Assembly: GCA_012727625.1 (NCBI GenBank)
Contig: JAAYGP010000274.1
Location: forward strand, 1-49,590
DNA length: 49,590 nt
From: Clostridiaceae bacterium
Lineage (GTDB): Bacteria; Bacillota; Clostridia; DSM-8532
Reading direction: 5' to 3'
This document shows positions 36,862-45,954 of the stretch, piece after piece. The notes below the pieces were generated by a model. It searched no databases, had not been told where the DNA came from, and worked only from the letters and a program-made list of their open reading frames with translations. Positions within the stretch are counted from its first letter, which is position 1; every line of letters begins with the position of its first letter. The translations under genes and the position numbers were made by a program.

Positions 36862-37923
36862 ATGTGGGCTTATAAGCTGCTTCTGGCAGCAGGAATTTTG
36901 ATCTGCCTGGAATCGTTTTTAATACTCCGGTATGGCCTGTCAAAGGTAAGCATTGAAAGAAGCTTTGACACTTTGCATGCCAATTACGGGCAAAGTATAC
37001 AAATGATTGAGAAAATAAGCAACAACAAGCTTCTGCCTGTGCCCTGGCTCAAGGTTGAGTCCAGGATCGACAGTGGGCTTAAGTTTGGTCTCCAGGAGGA
37101 TTTGAATATTCTGCACGAGGAATTTCACATCTCTGCTTTCTGCATGTTGCCCTACACAAGGATTATCCGTACTCATAACGTTAAATGCATGAAAAGGGGC
37201 TACTATCATTTAAAATCCGCTGCTTTGACAGCCCGTTCAATTACAGGCGGGAATTCAACAGTAAAAGACGAGGAAACTGACGCCAAATTATATGTTTTTC
37301 CAAGAATTCTTAAAATGCCTGAACTGAATCTTCCATCCCACAGCTGGCAGGGAGACAGGGTTGTCCGCCGCTGGATTCTGGAGGATCCTTTTATAAGAGC
37401 CGGGGTCAGGGAATATACAACCACGGATCCAATGAAAAATATCAATTGGAAAGCCTCGGCACGTTTTGGTGACCTGTATGTTAACCAGTATGAGCCGACG
37501 GCCCGGCACAGACTGATGATTCTTCTTAATGTGGATACAAAAATAGATCAATGGACAATAACAGACGAGCCGGAAAGGGTTGAATACGGAATTTCCCTCG
37601 CAGCCACGGTTCTGGAGTATGCTTTTTTGAATTTAATTGAGGCAGGCTTTGGAACAAACGCGTTTTTAAAGAACATGGAGAAAGTGCCCATACGAATTGC
37701 CCCTGCATTGGGGAATTCCCACAGGGTAATTATTTTGGAAAACCTTGCAAGAATGGGTCTTCTAAGATGTGTAAGCTTTAATGCCCTGCTTGAGCAGGAA
37801 ATTGAAAGAAATTCGAGCCATATGGACTATCTGCTGATTACTGCGGTGGTTGACGGTGAAATGGAAGACAGAATTCGTCTTTTGCGCGGAAAAGATAATG
37901 CTGTGGAAATCTGCAGGATTTAA
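36862..37923 (+). CDS. DUF58-family protein (MoxR partner, vWA-like)
   Basis: GVREYTTTDPMKNINWKASARFGDLYVNQYE is the DUF58 signature. N-terminal TM. Start is 3 nt after the MoxR stop. Confidence 0.85.
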   Translation: MWAYKLLLAAGILICLESFLILRYGLSKVSIERSFDTLHANYGQSIQMIEKISNNKLLPVPWLKVESRIDSGLKFGLQEDLNILHEEFHISAFCMLPYTRIIRTHNVKCMKRGYYHLKSAALTARSITGGNSTVKDEETDAKLYVFPRILKMPELNLPSHSWQGDRVVRRWILEDPFIRAGVREYTTTDPMKNINWKASARFGDLYVNQYEPTARHRLMILLNVDTKIDQWTITDEPERVEYGISLAATVLEYAFLNLIEAGFGTNAFLKNMEKVPIRIAPALGNSHRVIILENLARMGLLRCVSFNALLEQEIERNSSHMDYLLITAVVDGEMEDRIRLLRGKDNAVEICRI

Positions 37924-38146
37924 TTGTATGGGAGAGGTTCAATTGTTACTGTTCAAATGTTATGTTAAAAGATATTATGCAATGGATGGAGACTTCAGAG
38001 GAACTATACAGCTCTTGCAAATGAAGCTCTTGTTTCCGCTATTGCACAATATCTGACCTGAACAGTAACTGAATCAGGGTGTGAACAGAAACGTTCAGCT
38101 TTATCCCATGATATGACTGTTTACCGATATTATTGAATTATTATGT

Positions 38147-39583
38147 ATGCGGAGCCAGGTGTATATGATTAAAAAAGTTCTGAAGAGATGGTTATGGTGC
38201 CTGAATGACTATCTCATGATTTTTCCGGTATTTATAATAGTATCCTTCTTTGCGATTCCAAAGAACACGGTCACAGCTTTTGTGCTGCTGCTTCCCGTAA
38301 GCCTTCTTTTCGGCATTGCAATAACCTGTGCGAAAAAGAAGACAAAAAATATATTTATATTCTTAATCGGCCTTGTATACGTTTTGGGTGTTACGTTTCT
38401 CTGGCAGTACGCGGTAATGGGCGGTACCCTGCTGGAGGTCGTATTTACTGCGGTATTAACAGCCGGTTTCTTTATCTGGGGAATAAAAAGCGGTACAGGC
38501 AGCTCCCGCATTGATTTTTACTATTTTTTAGGCATAGTAACCTATGGAATATACATCCTGGTAATAAGCAAACTGCCTGCCCTGAAAGAATTTACAAATA
38601 TTACAGTAGCAGCAGCGATTTTGCTTGTAATCGCAGGTCTGCCGCTGGCAAACAGGCGGTTCCTAATCCAGGAAACCCACCAGAGAGGCAGCCTTAAAAT
38701 TATGCCCGGCACGGTGGTCAGAGGAAATAGCATTGTAGTTACATGTACCATTGTTTTAATATTGCTTTTATCTTTATGGGATACTGTGCTTGATGCCATT
38801 GTTTCTGCCGCAAGGGCAACAGCCGCTTTTATAATCAAAGTTCTGGACTGGTTTATGTCTTTATTCATAACTGAGCCTGTACAGCCGGAGGGCGGCGGTA
38901 TACCGGACCTGAATTTGACGCCGGGAGAAGAGTCTTCCGGTTTAATTTCCGATATTATTTTTACAATTCTGGTATCCGGTATTATTTTGTTCCTTATGTA
39001 TTCACTGGTGAAATACATTATTAAGAATTACAAAAGGATCTATGCCGCGTTTCAGTCCTTTTTATTCGGTCTGTTCGGCAGGTTCAGGCAATGGAGTTCA
39101 ACTGAACAGGGCTATTTTGACAGGCAGGAATCCCTTTTAAAAACGGAGATCAAAAAAAGACGATCTTTTTTAAAAAGGATTTTTAAAAGGAAGCCCACAT
39201 GGAAAGACATGAAAGATAATGCAAGCCGAATCCGTTTTATTTATGCCAGGTTTGTTTCTGACAATATAAGAAAAGGATTTAATTTCAGGCCGTCTGAAAC
39301 ACCCAATGAAACCGTCAGTCGGATTAATGCCCTTAAAAATAATAATGCAAGCCGGATCAATGCTTTTGAAAAGAAAACCGATGGCCGCGCAAATATCCTT
39401 AAAAAGGACACAACAGGCCGGATTCATTCTTTTGAAAAAGATAAAGTGAGCCAAATTCATGCTTCTGAAAAGGAAACCCTGGACCATGAGTGTTTAAGAA
39501 CTGAGTATAACAAGGTAAGATACGGAGGGAAAGAACCCTCCGATGAAATAGTGTATGAACTAAAGCAGATTTATTTAAAATAA
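38147..39583 (+). CDS. Polytopic membrane protein with a cytoplasmic tail carrying 11-12 aa tandem repeats and a DUF4129-like end
   Basis: At least 7 TM helices. The C-terminus ...YNKVRYGGKEPSDEIVYELKQIY resembles DUF4129 ends. It occupies the third position of a MoxR-DUF58 operon. The ATG at 38165 is an alternative start. Confidence 0.55.
   Translation: MRSQVYMIKKVLKRWLWCLNDYLMIFPVFIIVSFFAIPKNTVTAFVLLLPVSLLFGIAITCAKKKTKNIFIFLIGLVYVLGVTFLWQYAVMGGTLLEVVFTAVLTAGFFIWGIKSGTGSSRIDFYYFLGIVTYGIYILVISKLPALKEFTNITVAAAILLVIAGLPLANRRFLIQETHQRGSLKIMPGTVVRGNSIVVTCTIVLILLLSLWDTVLDAIVSAARATAAFIIKVLDWFMSLFITEPVQPEGGGIPDLNLTPGEESSGLISDIIFTILVSGIILFLMYSLVKYIIKNYKRIYAAFQSFLFGLFGRFRQWSSTEQGYFDRQESLLKTEIKKRRSFLKRIFKRKPTWKDMKDNASRIRFIYARFVSDNIRKGFNFRPSETPNETVSRINALKNNNASRINAFEKKTDGRANILKKDTTGRIHSFEKDKVSQIHASEKETLDHECLRTEYNKVRYGGKEPSDEIVYELKQIYLK
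39317..39472 (+). repeat. In-frame tandem repeat (about five units of 33-36 nt) inside the membrane-protein gene
   Basis: SRINALKNNNA / SRINAFEKKTDG / RANILKKDTTG / RIHSFEKDKVS / QIHASEKE. Confidence 0.55.
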
Positions 39584-39709
39584 GGCATAAGCCATATTTC
39601 GTTTACCTTTAAGCAGTAAACCATATATTTTCCCATCCACGGATCACCTTGTGAAAACCATGTTATTTTTTCAAACCGGGAAAATAGTTTTTATATTTTA
39701 AAGCCATTT

Positions 39710-40294
39710 TTAAGGCTTAGGGAATTTGTTTATAAAAAGTATGTCTTCAAGCTTTCTTTTCGGTGTGTGCAAAACTCCGTTTTCATCCTTATAGTTTTTT
39801 ATTGTGTCTTTATAATCTTCAACAACCGGTTCTTCGGCGGGGTATCCCAAGGCAATCAAGGTATCCACCTCAAGATTTTCAGGCATATTAAAGAATTTTT
39901 TCATTGAATCGCGTTCAATTGAGCCAATCCAGCAGCTTCCAATCCTTTCCCCCATTGCGGCCAGCATAATGTTTTGCGCCGCAGCTCCCGCATCGTGCTG
40001 ATAACCGCTTTTCCGAATGTTTGTATCGGCAAGTATTACTATATATGCCACAGGCTCTTCGCCTTTTTTAGGATTGCCATGTGGGGCGATGTACCCTAAC
40101 CACTTAACAAGTTCAAAGACTTTATCAACACATTCTTTTTCATCCACTATTAAAAACTTTAAAGGCTGAAGATTAGCGGCTGACGGGGCAAGCCTTGCCG
40201 CCTGAACAAAACTTACAAGCGTTTCACGATCGATTTTTATTTGCTTGAATTTTCTGATGGACCTTCTGTTCATTATTGCATCATTGATATTCAA
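39710..40294 (-). CDS. NAD(P)H nitroreductase family protein
   Basis: AIMNRRSIRKFK......L....QAARLAPSAANLQPLKF; TTG start with AAGGGGGA RBS. Confidence 0.9.
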   Translation of the reverse strand: MNINDAIMNRRSIRKFKQIKIDRETLVSFVQAARLAPSAANLQPLKFLIVDEKECVDKVFELVKWLGYIAPHGNPKKGEEPVAYIVILADTNIRKSGYQHDAGAAAQNIMLAAMGERIGSCWIGSIERDSMKKFFNMPENLEVDTLIALGYPAEEPVVEDYKDTIKNYKDENGVLHTPKRKLEDILFINKFPKP

Positions 40295-40505
40295 CTTAAA
40301 TCCCCCTTAATCTGTAGTATTTAAACCTGATGCTTTTAAAGTTAAATATAACAATCCGCCTACTATTTTAACCTATCTTTTTCATGATATCAATGAATCA
40401 GGCAATTATGCAGCAACTGCTTTAAGTTGTACCAGGTGAAAAGCTGACACTTTTCAAAAGCCAGGATATATACTTAAATATACCAGAAATGCTGTAACAT
40501 AACAA

Positions 40506-40541
40506 ATAAAAAAAATCTGTATGCAGAGAGCCTGCATACAG
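40506..40541 (-). terminator. Rho-independent terminator of the Pro/Gly-rich gene
   Basis: CTGTATGCAG (40517-40526), loop AGAGC, CTGCATACAG (40532-40541). On the minus strand an 8-T run follows (plus-strand A-run 40508-40515). Confidence 0.75.
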
Positions 40542-40555
40542 AAAATCATTGGAGG

Positions 40556-40939
40556 TTAGAAACACACAAAATCACTGATATTTTCAAGATCAGTACCAAA
40601 GTAGACCCAATTGAATCCGGTCCAGCGCCAGCCTGCCACTGATCGGGGTCCGACAAAAACAAGCCACGCCCAGAACTGCCGGCCGTTTACAAGCCATATA
40701 TATACAAATCGGAATAAGCATGGTCGAATGGCACCGGGATCAACAGCAAATATTGTTGGCCCGCCGCGTTGCGCCGGAATAAATGATGGCGGCGGTTGAG
40801 TCGGTGGTCCGCCTTGCTGACCGGGAGGTCCAAAGGGCGGTCTTACGCCGGGAGGACCGAACTGTCCGGGAACCCCCGGTATTATGAATTGTCTGAAAAA
40901 CCTTTGTATAGGAAGTTGTGCCGATCTTTCATCAGGCAT
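40556..40939 (-). CDS. Small protein with a Pro/Gly-rich N-terminal half and a Trp/Phe-rich C-terminal domain (function unknown; sporulation neighbourhood)
   Basis: GAGGTGGTGA RBS, own terminator, and a locally GC-rich sequence driven by GPPG-type codons. Confidence 0.6.
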   Translation of the reverse strand: MPDERSAQLPIQRFFRQFIIPGVPGQFGPPGVRPPFGPPGQQGGPPTQPPPSFIPAQRGGPTIFAVDPGAIRPCLFRFVYIWLVNGRQFWAWLVFVGPRSVAGWRWTGFNWVYFGTDLENISDFVCF

Positions 40940-41113
40940 CTAATCACCACCTCAATAAAACTTGTACTATATCATATGGAAAAGCTGTGTGTTTGGTCAC
41001 AGTTGACATAAAAAATGCAGATAATAATGAAAAATTCTTAGGGTTAAGTCATAATTTCGGGACAACATCAATATTATATACAAAATGCAATTTGTGCCTT
41101 AAGGGGGATTATT

Positions 41114-42652
41114 ATGTCTGTTGAATTGATAAAAAGACCGGTTAATGTGTATAGGACCGTTGACGAGCAGCAGAAGGAAGAACTTCTGGAAACAGGTATA
41201 ATTGTGCCGGACAGCAAGCCTGATGTTCTTGAAGTTCTTGTTGTGGATACCGATGTTGTTGTAAAAACCCGGGAAAAGACAGGAAAAGTAATGGAGGTAG
41301 GCGGGGAAATATGTTACCAGGTACTTTACCGGGCTGACAATCAGGAAAAAAGCCTTGAGGCTATTAATGTAAAATCCCCATGGTCCATATCCTGCAACTA
41401 CCCGGCAGGGGACGAAGAAGTTTATACAATTGTAAAAAGCAGCATAGAACACACCAGTATTGATATTGTGAACGGAAGAAAGCTAAGCGCGAAATCAGTT
41501 TTAAAGCTTAATATAAAATACATAAAAGCAAAGAATGAGGATGCAGGAGAGGCTGTTCAGGGCGAAAAGATATATCAGAAAACAGATCCGCAGAAAATAA
41601 CCATGTTGGAGGATATCGGTGAAAAGGTCATAAACGTGGCTGAAAATGTCGATATCGGTGATAATAAGCCTGTAATAAATGAAATTATATACAGTAATGC
41701 GACTTTGAAAAACGTTAATATCCTGGAAAATATGGTTCTTAACTGCATGCTGGAAGTGGACTGTTTATACAGAGCTGAAGATGATAATTCAAGAATTGAA
41801 AATGTTCATGTTAATATTCCTGTGGAAAAAAATCTTGAGGTGGAAAATATAAATTATTCTGATGTTTCAGTTAATGCCTGTGTTAAATCTCTTTCTTTAA
41901 AACCGGATGAAGATATTGACGGCCTTTTGACAATAATAAGAATTGATGCTGAAATCGCCGTGGAATACAGTATGTTTTCAAAAGAAAATGCTTATTTGGT
42001 TAAAGATGCCTATTCAATGGATTATGATTTTGAACTGGAGAAAAAGACAGTTAAGTTGGGAGTTGAAGAAAGGGAAATCCGTGACAATATCCAGGTAAAC
42101 GGTAATATGACGCTGGATTCTGGTGGTGAGGCCGTTGAAGAGATTTTATTGCTTACAGCCAAGCCCAGAATTTTGTCTGCGGAAAAGGTTAATGACAGCA
42201 TTGAAGTTAACGGGTGTCTGGACATTTGTGTACTTTACTGCACCGGAATGGATATGAGAGTTATGAGAGGTTCAAACCAGGAACTGTCATTCACTCACAG
42301 AATTCCTTTACCTGAGCCGGAAGCAGATTATGAAGAGGATATAAACCTTTCGATAAATGAAAGCAGTTATGAAATTGTGTCCGACGCAAATGTGGATATA
42401 AAGGCGGAACTTGAGGTTAAAGCGCATCTTTCAAAAAAGCGGGATATGGATTTGGTTATAGGGATCAAAGATATAAAAATTTATGAGAAAAAAGAAAATC
42501 CGCCGCTGTTGTTCTATTACGCACAGAAAGGCGACACCCTGTGGGACATTGCAAAGAAATACAGGGTTCCCGTGCAGAAAATATTGAACGACAACGAGAT
42601 GACAGAAGAAATTGAGCCTGAGGAAGGACGGAAAATTCTGCTGATTGAATAA
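41114..42652 (+). CDS. SipL/SpoVID-like spore-coat morphogenetic protein (DUF3794/SPOCS repeats plus C-terminal LysM)
   Basis: The N-terminus V.V......E.L.E..I.VPD.KPD...V is typical of DUF3794. C-terminal LysM: YYAQKGDTLWDIAKKYRVPVQKILNDN. At 512 aa it is close to C. difficile SipL size as I recall it. Confidence 0.7.
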   Translation: MSVELIKRPVNVYRTVDEQQKEELLETGIIVPDSKPDVLEVLVVDTDVVVKTREKTGKVMEVGGEICYQVLYRADNQEKSLEAINVKSPWSISCNYPAGDEEVYTIVKSSIEHTSIDIVNGRKLSAKSVLKLNIKYIKAKNEDAGEAVQGEKIYQKTDPQKITMLEDIGEKVINVAENVDIGDNKPVINEIIYSNATLKNVNILENMVLNCMLEVDCLYRAEDDNSRIENVHVNIPVEKNLEVENINYSDVSVNACVKSLSLKPDEDIDGLLTIIRIDAEIAVEYSMFSKENAYLVKDAYSMDYDFELEKKTVKLGVEEREIRDNIQVNGNMTLDSGGEAVEEILLLTAKPRILSAEKVNDSIEVNGCLDICVLYCTGMDMRVMRGSNQELSFTHRIPLPEPEADYEEDINLSINESSYEIVSDANVDIKAELEVKAHLSKKRDMDLVIGIKDIKIYEKKENPPLLFYYAQKGDTLWDIAKKYRVPVQKILNDNEMTEEIEPEEGRKILLIE

Positions 42653-42790
42653 AACCAGGGCAAACCATGATAAAGCCAACCATATATCATGAGGTATATC
42701 ATCAACTTCAATCCCGGCAGAGCAAAATAAAGGAGCTGCCCCGGTTAAAACCCAAGGGGGAACAAAAATAAAATGAGCGCTCAATATTTT

Positions 42791-42819
42791 AAGACAGGTT
42801 AAACAATCTGTCTTTTTTG
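42791..42819 (+). terminator. Rho-independent terminator
   Basis: AAGACAG (42791-42797), 10-nt loop, CTGTCTT (42808-42814), then TTTTGTTT. Confidence 0.7.
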
Positions 42820-42879
42820 TTTGAAACAGGGGGCGAAAGAGCTTTCCTACGGTGTGGTTGCCATTCCGGCATTAATTTA

Positions 42880-42908
42880 TTGCGTTTTTTATGTATATTG
42901 TATATAAT
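42880..42908 (+). promoter_or_regulatory. Candidate sigma-A promoter for ispE (TTGCGT-17-TATAAT)
   Basis: TTGCGT at 42880-42885, a 17-nt spacer, TATAAT at 42903-42908. Confidence 0.4.
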
Positions 42909-43062
42909 ATTACAAGCAAATGGTGCATAACGCTATGAAGACAACTGTTTGCTGAATCGTTAACCATAGTTTACGACATCCGGGCAAAGTCACTGACGCA
43001 TATTATGCCCTTTGTTTTTATTATGATTTGGCAGTCACTTGCCGTTTTTAAGGGAAGTGGTT

Positions 43063-43929
43063 TTGATAACTATTTTAGCTCCGGCTAAGATTAACTTGTC
43101 ACTGGATGTGACGGGCAGGCTTGAAAACGGGTACCATACCCTGGAAATGATTATGCAGACAATATCTCTTTACGATGAGGTTTTGCTTCACAAGGCCGGG
43201 GACGGCATTGAAATTAAATGCGACAATCCTCTTGTGCCTGTTGATGAAAATAATATATGCCATAGAGCAGCAAAGATCTTTTTTGATAAAACCAGTATTT
43301 CCGGCGGTGTAATAATAGAGCTTAAAAAAAGAATTCCGCAGGGTGCCGGCCTTGCAGGTGGAAGCGCCGATGCGGCAGCGGTTTTAAAGGGTTTGAATAT
43401 TATGTATTCTGCCGGGTTTTCAACGAATGAATTGCTTGAGCTTGGTCTTGAGTGCGGAGCGGACGTACCCTTTTGTATTGCAGGGGGCACATGCTTTGCC
43501 GGAGGTATAGGCGAAAAGCTTACAAAACTCCCGTCATTTGCGGGTTTTTATGTTATTGTAATAGTACCGGAATTTGCTGTCTCCACAGCCTGGGTGTACC
43601 GGAATTTCCGGATGGATGCTTGTATTAAGCGCCCTGACAATAAAATGCTTGCTGAAGCAATAAAAAAAAGAGATCTCAGGTCACTGGCCCAGGGCATGGT
43701 TAATGTGCTTGAAAGTGTGACTGTGGCTAAATATCCTGAAATTGAGGGAATAAAAAAGGACATAAAAAGAAACGGAGCTTTGGGAAGCCTTATGAGCGGG
43801 AGCGGCCCTTCGGTTTTCGGACTGTTTGAAAGCGAAAGTTCGGCTCTTAAGGCATTCAGTGTTCTGAAAAACAGATACAGGTACATATATATGGTCTCAA
43901 CTGTGGACGGAGGAAGAGTTTATGGCTAA
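43063..43929 (+). CDS. ispE: 4-diphosphocytidyl-2-C-methyl-D-erythritol kinase
   Basis: APAKINLSLDVTGRLENGYHTLEMIMQTISLYD and KRIPQGAGLAGGSADAAA (GHMP motif). The TTG at 43063 sits 8 nt after AAGGGA; the track alternative is 43039. Confidence 0.9.
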   Translation: MITILAPAKINLSLDVTGRLENGYHTLEMIMQTISLYDEVLLHKAGDGIEIKCDNPLVPVDENNICHRAAKIFFDKTSISGGVIIELKKRIPQGAGLAGGSADAAAVLKGLNIMYSAGFSTNELLELGLECGADVPFCIAGGTCFAGGIGEKLTKLPSFAGFYVIVIVPEFAVSTAWVYRNFRMDACIKRPDNKMLAEAIKKRDLRSLAQGMVNVLESVTVAKYPEIEGIKKDIKRNGALGSLMSGSGPSVFGLFESESSALKAFSVLKNRYRYIYMVSTVDGGRVYG

Positions 43930-44593
43930 AATTTCAAAAATAAAAATAGATGATTACATGCCCTTAAGGGATGTTATTTTCAATACGCTGCGGGACGCAA
44001 TTGTCGCAGGGGATTTAAAACCCGGGGAAAGGCTTATGGAAGTTGAACTGGCTGAACAGATGGGAGTCAGCCGGACACCTGTCAGGGAAGCAATCAGAAG
44101 GCTTGAAACCGAGGGTTTTGTAACATTGGTGCCAAGAAAAGGAACGCATGTGGCAGAGATAACCATTAAGGACATCATAGACGTACTTGAGGTAAGAGCT
44201 GCCCTGGACGGTCTTGCCACCGAACTTGCAGCCAAAAACATACGTCCGGAGCATCTCCGCCAGCTTGAAAATATTCATAAACAATATGCCGCGGCTTTGC
44301 AGAAGGAAAACCTTGCCATAGCTATAAAAAGAGATGTCGAGTTCCATGACGCCATATATAACGCGGCGGGAAACAATAAACTGATGAATGTCGCGGGGAA
44401 TTTAAGGGAACAGATTTACAGGTTCCGTGTGCTTTACATGAAGGATTTTTCCAACGCAGCTGATGTTTTGGATGAACACCAGCTCATATTGAAGGCATTG
44501 TCTGAAAAAGACCATGAAAGGGCGGCAATGCTGGCAAAGGAACATATAATTCACCAGCAGCAGGTTATCATACAGCAGATGGGTAAAAAATAG
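43922..44593 (+). CDS. GntR-family (FadR/FCD subfamily) transcriptional regulator
   Basis: LRDAIVAGDLKPGERLMEVELAEQMGVSRTPVREAIRRLETEGFV plus a helical FCD-like C-terminus. Confidence 0.9.
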   Translation: MAKISKIKIDDYMPLRDVIFNTLRDAIVAGDLKPGERLMEVELAEQMGVSRTPVREAIRRLETEGFVTLVPRKGTHVAEITIKDIIDVLEVRAALDGLATELAAKNIRPEHLRQLENIHKQYAAALQKENLAIAIKRDVEFHDAIYNAAGNNKLMNVAGNLREQIYRFRVLYMKDFSNAADVLDEHQLILKALSEKDHERAAMLAKEHIIHQQQVIIQQMGKK

Positions 44594-44603
44594 GATTTCA
44601 TTC

Positions 44604-44632
44604 TTGTTTTCTGATATATTTTGTGATAAAAT
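44604..44632 (+). promoter_or_regulatory. Candidate rpsF promoter (TTGTTT-17-TGaTAAAAT extended -10)
   Basis: TTGTTT at 44604-44609; TGATAAAAT ends at 44632. Confidence 0.4.
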
Positions 44633-44698
44633 CAGCTTTGCTGTCAATAATCCTTGCTCCGTTTCAGGGGCCATAGTCCAGAAGGAGGTGAAACAGTC

Positions 44699-44998
44699 AT
44701 GAAAAAATACGAATCCATTTTTGTCATAAACCCATTGCTGGAAGATGATAAAATTCAGGAAATAGTCACCAGGGTTAAAAGCTTCATAGAGGAATCAGCC
44801 CAGCTTGAGAAAATCGACGAATGGGGAAAAAGACGTTTAGCTTATGAAGTAAATGATCAAAAAGAAGGGTATTTCACCCTTGTTCATTTTACGGCGGGCT
44901 CTGAATTCCCGGCTGAGCTGGAACGTATTTACAAAATAACTGAAGGCGTCATCAAATACATTATTGTAAGACGCGATGAAAAAGAAGAAAAAGAATAG
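44699..44998 (+). CDS. rpsF: 30S ribosomal protein S6
   Basis: MKKYESIFVINP....DEWGKRRLAYEVNDQKEGYF; AGGAGGTG RBS. Confidence 0.95.
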   Translation: MKKYESIFVINPLLEDDKIQEIVTRVKSFIEESAQLEKIDEWGKRRLAYEVNDQKEGYFTLVHFTAGSEFPAELERIYKITEGVIKYIIVRRDEKEEKE

Positions 44999-45007
44999 GT
45001 TATTTAT

Positions 45008-45206
45008 TCTATCGGATACGCCATAAGACTCTTTCCTTAAGGTGGGAGATTTGGGGCGGACTTAGCGGATATGACTTAATGCAGACATAAATGCCGCAAA
45101 AAATGTCCCGGCGGTCGGGCGGACCGTTTTTTTGCCTGTGGAGCTGCTGTGTTAACGGCACAATGAAGCAGGACTCTCTCGTCTTTCAGGATGGAGAGGA
45201 TGTCAA
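45008..45206 (+). repeat. Copy A of a ~200-nt structured element (rpsF-ssb intergenic leader) containing a short hairpin plus U7 attenuator-like site
   Basis: Aligns along its whole length with 45680-45877. CGGTC (45112-45116) pairs with GACCG (45122-45126), followed by TTTTTTT (45127-45133). Confidence 0.65.
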
Positions 45207-45219
45207 GGAGGTTGAATGC

Positions 45220-45675
45220 ATGAATAAAGTAATTTTAATGGGTCGTTTGACAGCGGATCCAGAGCTCAGGTACACTACGAACAACATCCCGGTATGCCGT
45301 TTCAGTATAGCAGTTGATCGCCAGTATGCAAAGCAGGGCGAGGAAAAACAGACTGATTTTTTTAATATTACAGCATGGAGGGCATCAGGAGAGTTTGCCA
45401 GCCGCTATTTTAAAAAAGGCATGCGCGTGCTGGTGGAGGGCTCAATCAGAAACAACAACTATGAGGACAGCCAGGGCATCAGACATTACACTGTTGAAAT
45501 CTGGGCTGACAGGTTGTATTTTGCGGACGGCAAGAGGGATGATTCGGCAAGTGGCGGATTTGCACAGCAACCTTCATATAAGACGCTGGAATCACAGGGT
45601 CAGCCGGTTATGCAGCCGGATTCAGGAGACGGATTTTTCCCGTTGATTGAAGACGATGATGACCTGCCATTCTGA
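45220..45675 (+). CDS. ssb: Single-stranded DNA-binding protein
   Basis: MNKVILMGRLTADPELRYT....V..FSIAV.R........TDFFNI.AW...AE; acidic tail DDDDLPF; AAGGAGG RBS. Confidence 0.95.
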   Translation: MNKVILMGRLTADPELRYTTNNIPVCRFSIAVDRQYAKQGEEKQTDFFNITAWRASGEFASRYFKKGMRVLVEGSIRNNNYEDSQGIRHYTVEIWADRLYFADGKRDDSASGGFAQQPSYKTLESQGQPVMQPDSGDGFFPLIEDDDDLPF

Positions 45676-45679
45676 ACAA

Positions 45680-45877
45680 TTTATCGGATACGCCGTAAGA
45701 CTCTTTCCTTAAGGTGGGAGATATAAGGCGGACTTAGCGGATATGAGCTTAATGCAGACATAAATGCTGCAAAGAATATCCCGGCGGTCGTGCTGACCGT
45801 TTCTGCCTGCGGAGCTGCTGTGTCAGAAGCGCAATGAAGCAGGAATCTCTTGTCTTTCAGGGCGGAGAGAATGTCAA
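45680..45877 (+). repeat. Copy B of the ~200-nt element, located where rpsR would be expected; no downstream CDS
   Basis: Roughly 85-90% identical to copy A by hand alignment. It is followed ~75 nt later by a strong terminator. Confidence 0.65.
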
Positions 45878-45954
45878 TATTTCCACACCGGTTTTAAAAA
45901 AACCAAAACGAAACGGGACTGGTTTCCCGCTTATTAAGCACTACAACAATATGC

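Noticed and set aside
38542-39018. 158-aa minus-strand ORF, plus 38209-38511 and 39170-39487
   Set aside because: They are antisense to the membrane-protein gene of the MoxR operon. The plus-strand frame has coherent TM helices and operon context.
40700-40900. Collagen-like triple-helix protein (BclA type)
   Set aside because: The G-X-Y phasing holds for only about 4-6 triplets and is interrupted (…GVR PPF GPP…). That is too short for a collagen-like stalk.
40611-41011. Plus-strand ORFs of 62 and 71 aa
   Set aside because: They are antisense to the Pro/Gly-rich gene. That gene has a strong RBS (GAGGTGGTGA) and a dedicated terminator on the minus strand; the plus-strand frames have neither.
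45091-45219. N-terminal extension of SSB, or a leader peptide (MKQDSLVFQDGEDVK...) inside the repeated element
   Set aside because: No RBS lies upstream of either ATG, whereas the ATG at 45220 has AAGGAGG. Between the two repeat copies the differences in this stretch are mostly non-synonymous (D->E, D->G, D->N versus one silent change). In copy B the frame runs through the terminator.
45314-45646. 110-aa alternative-frame ORF inside ssb
   Set aside because: It is an overlapping frame of a highly conserved gene, with an Arg/Ser-rich nonsense composition.
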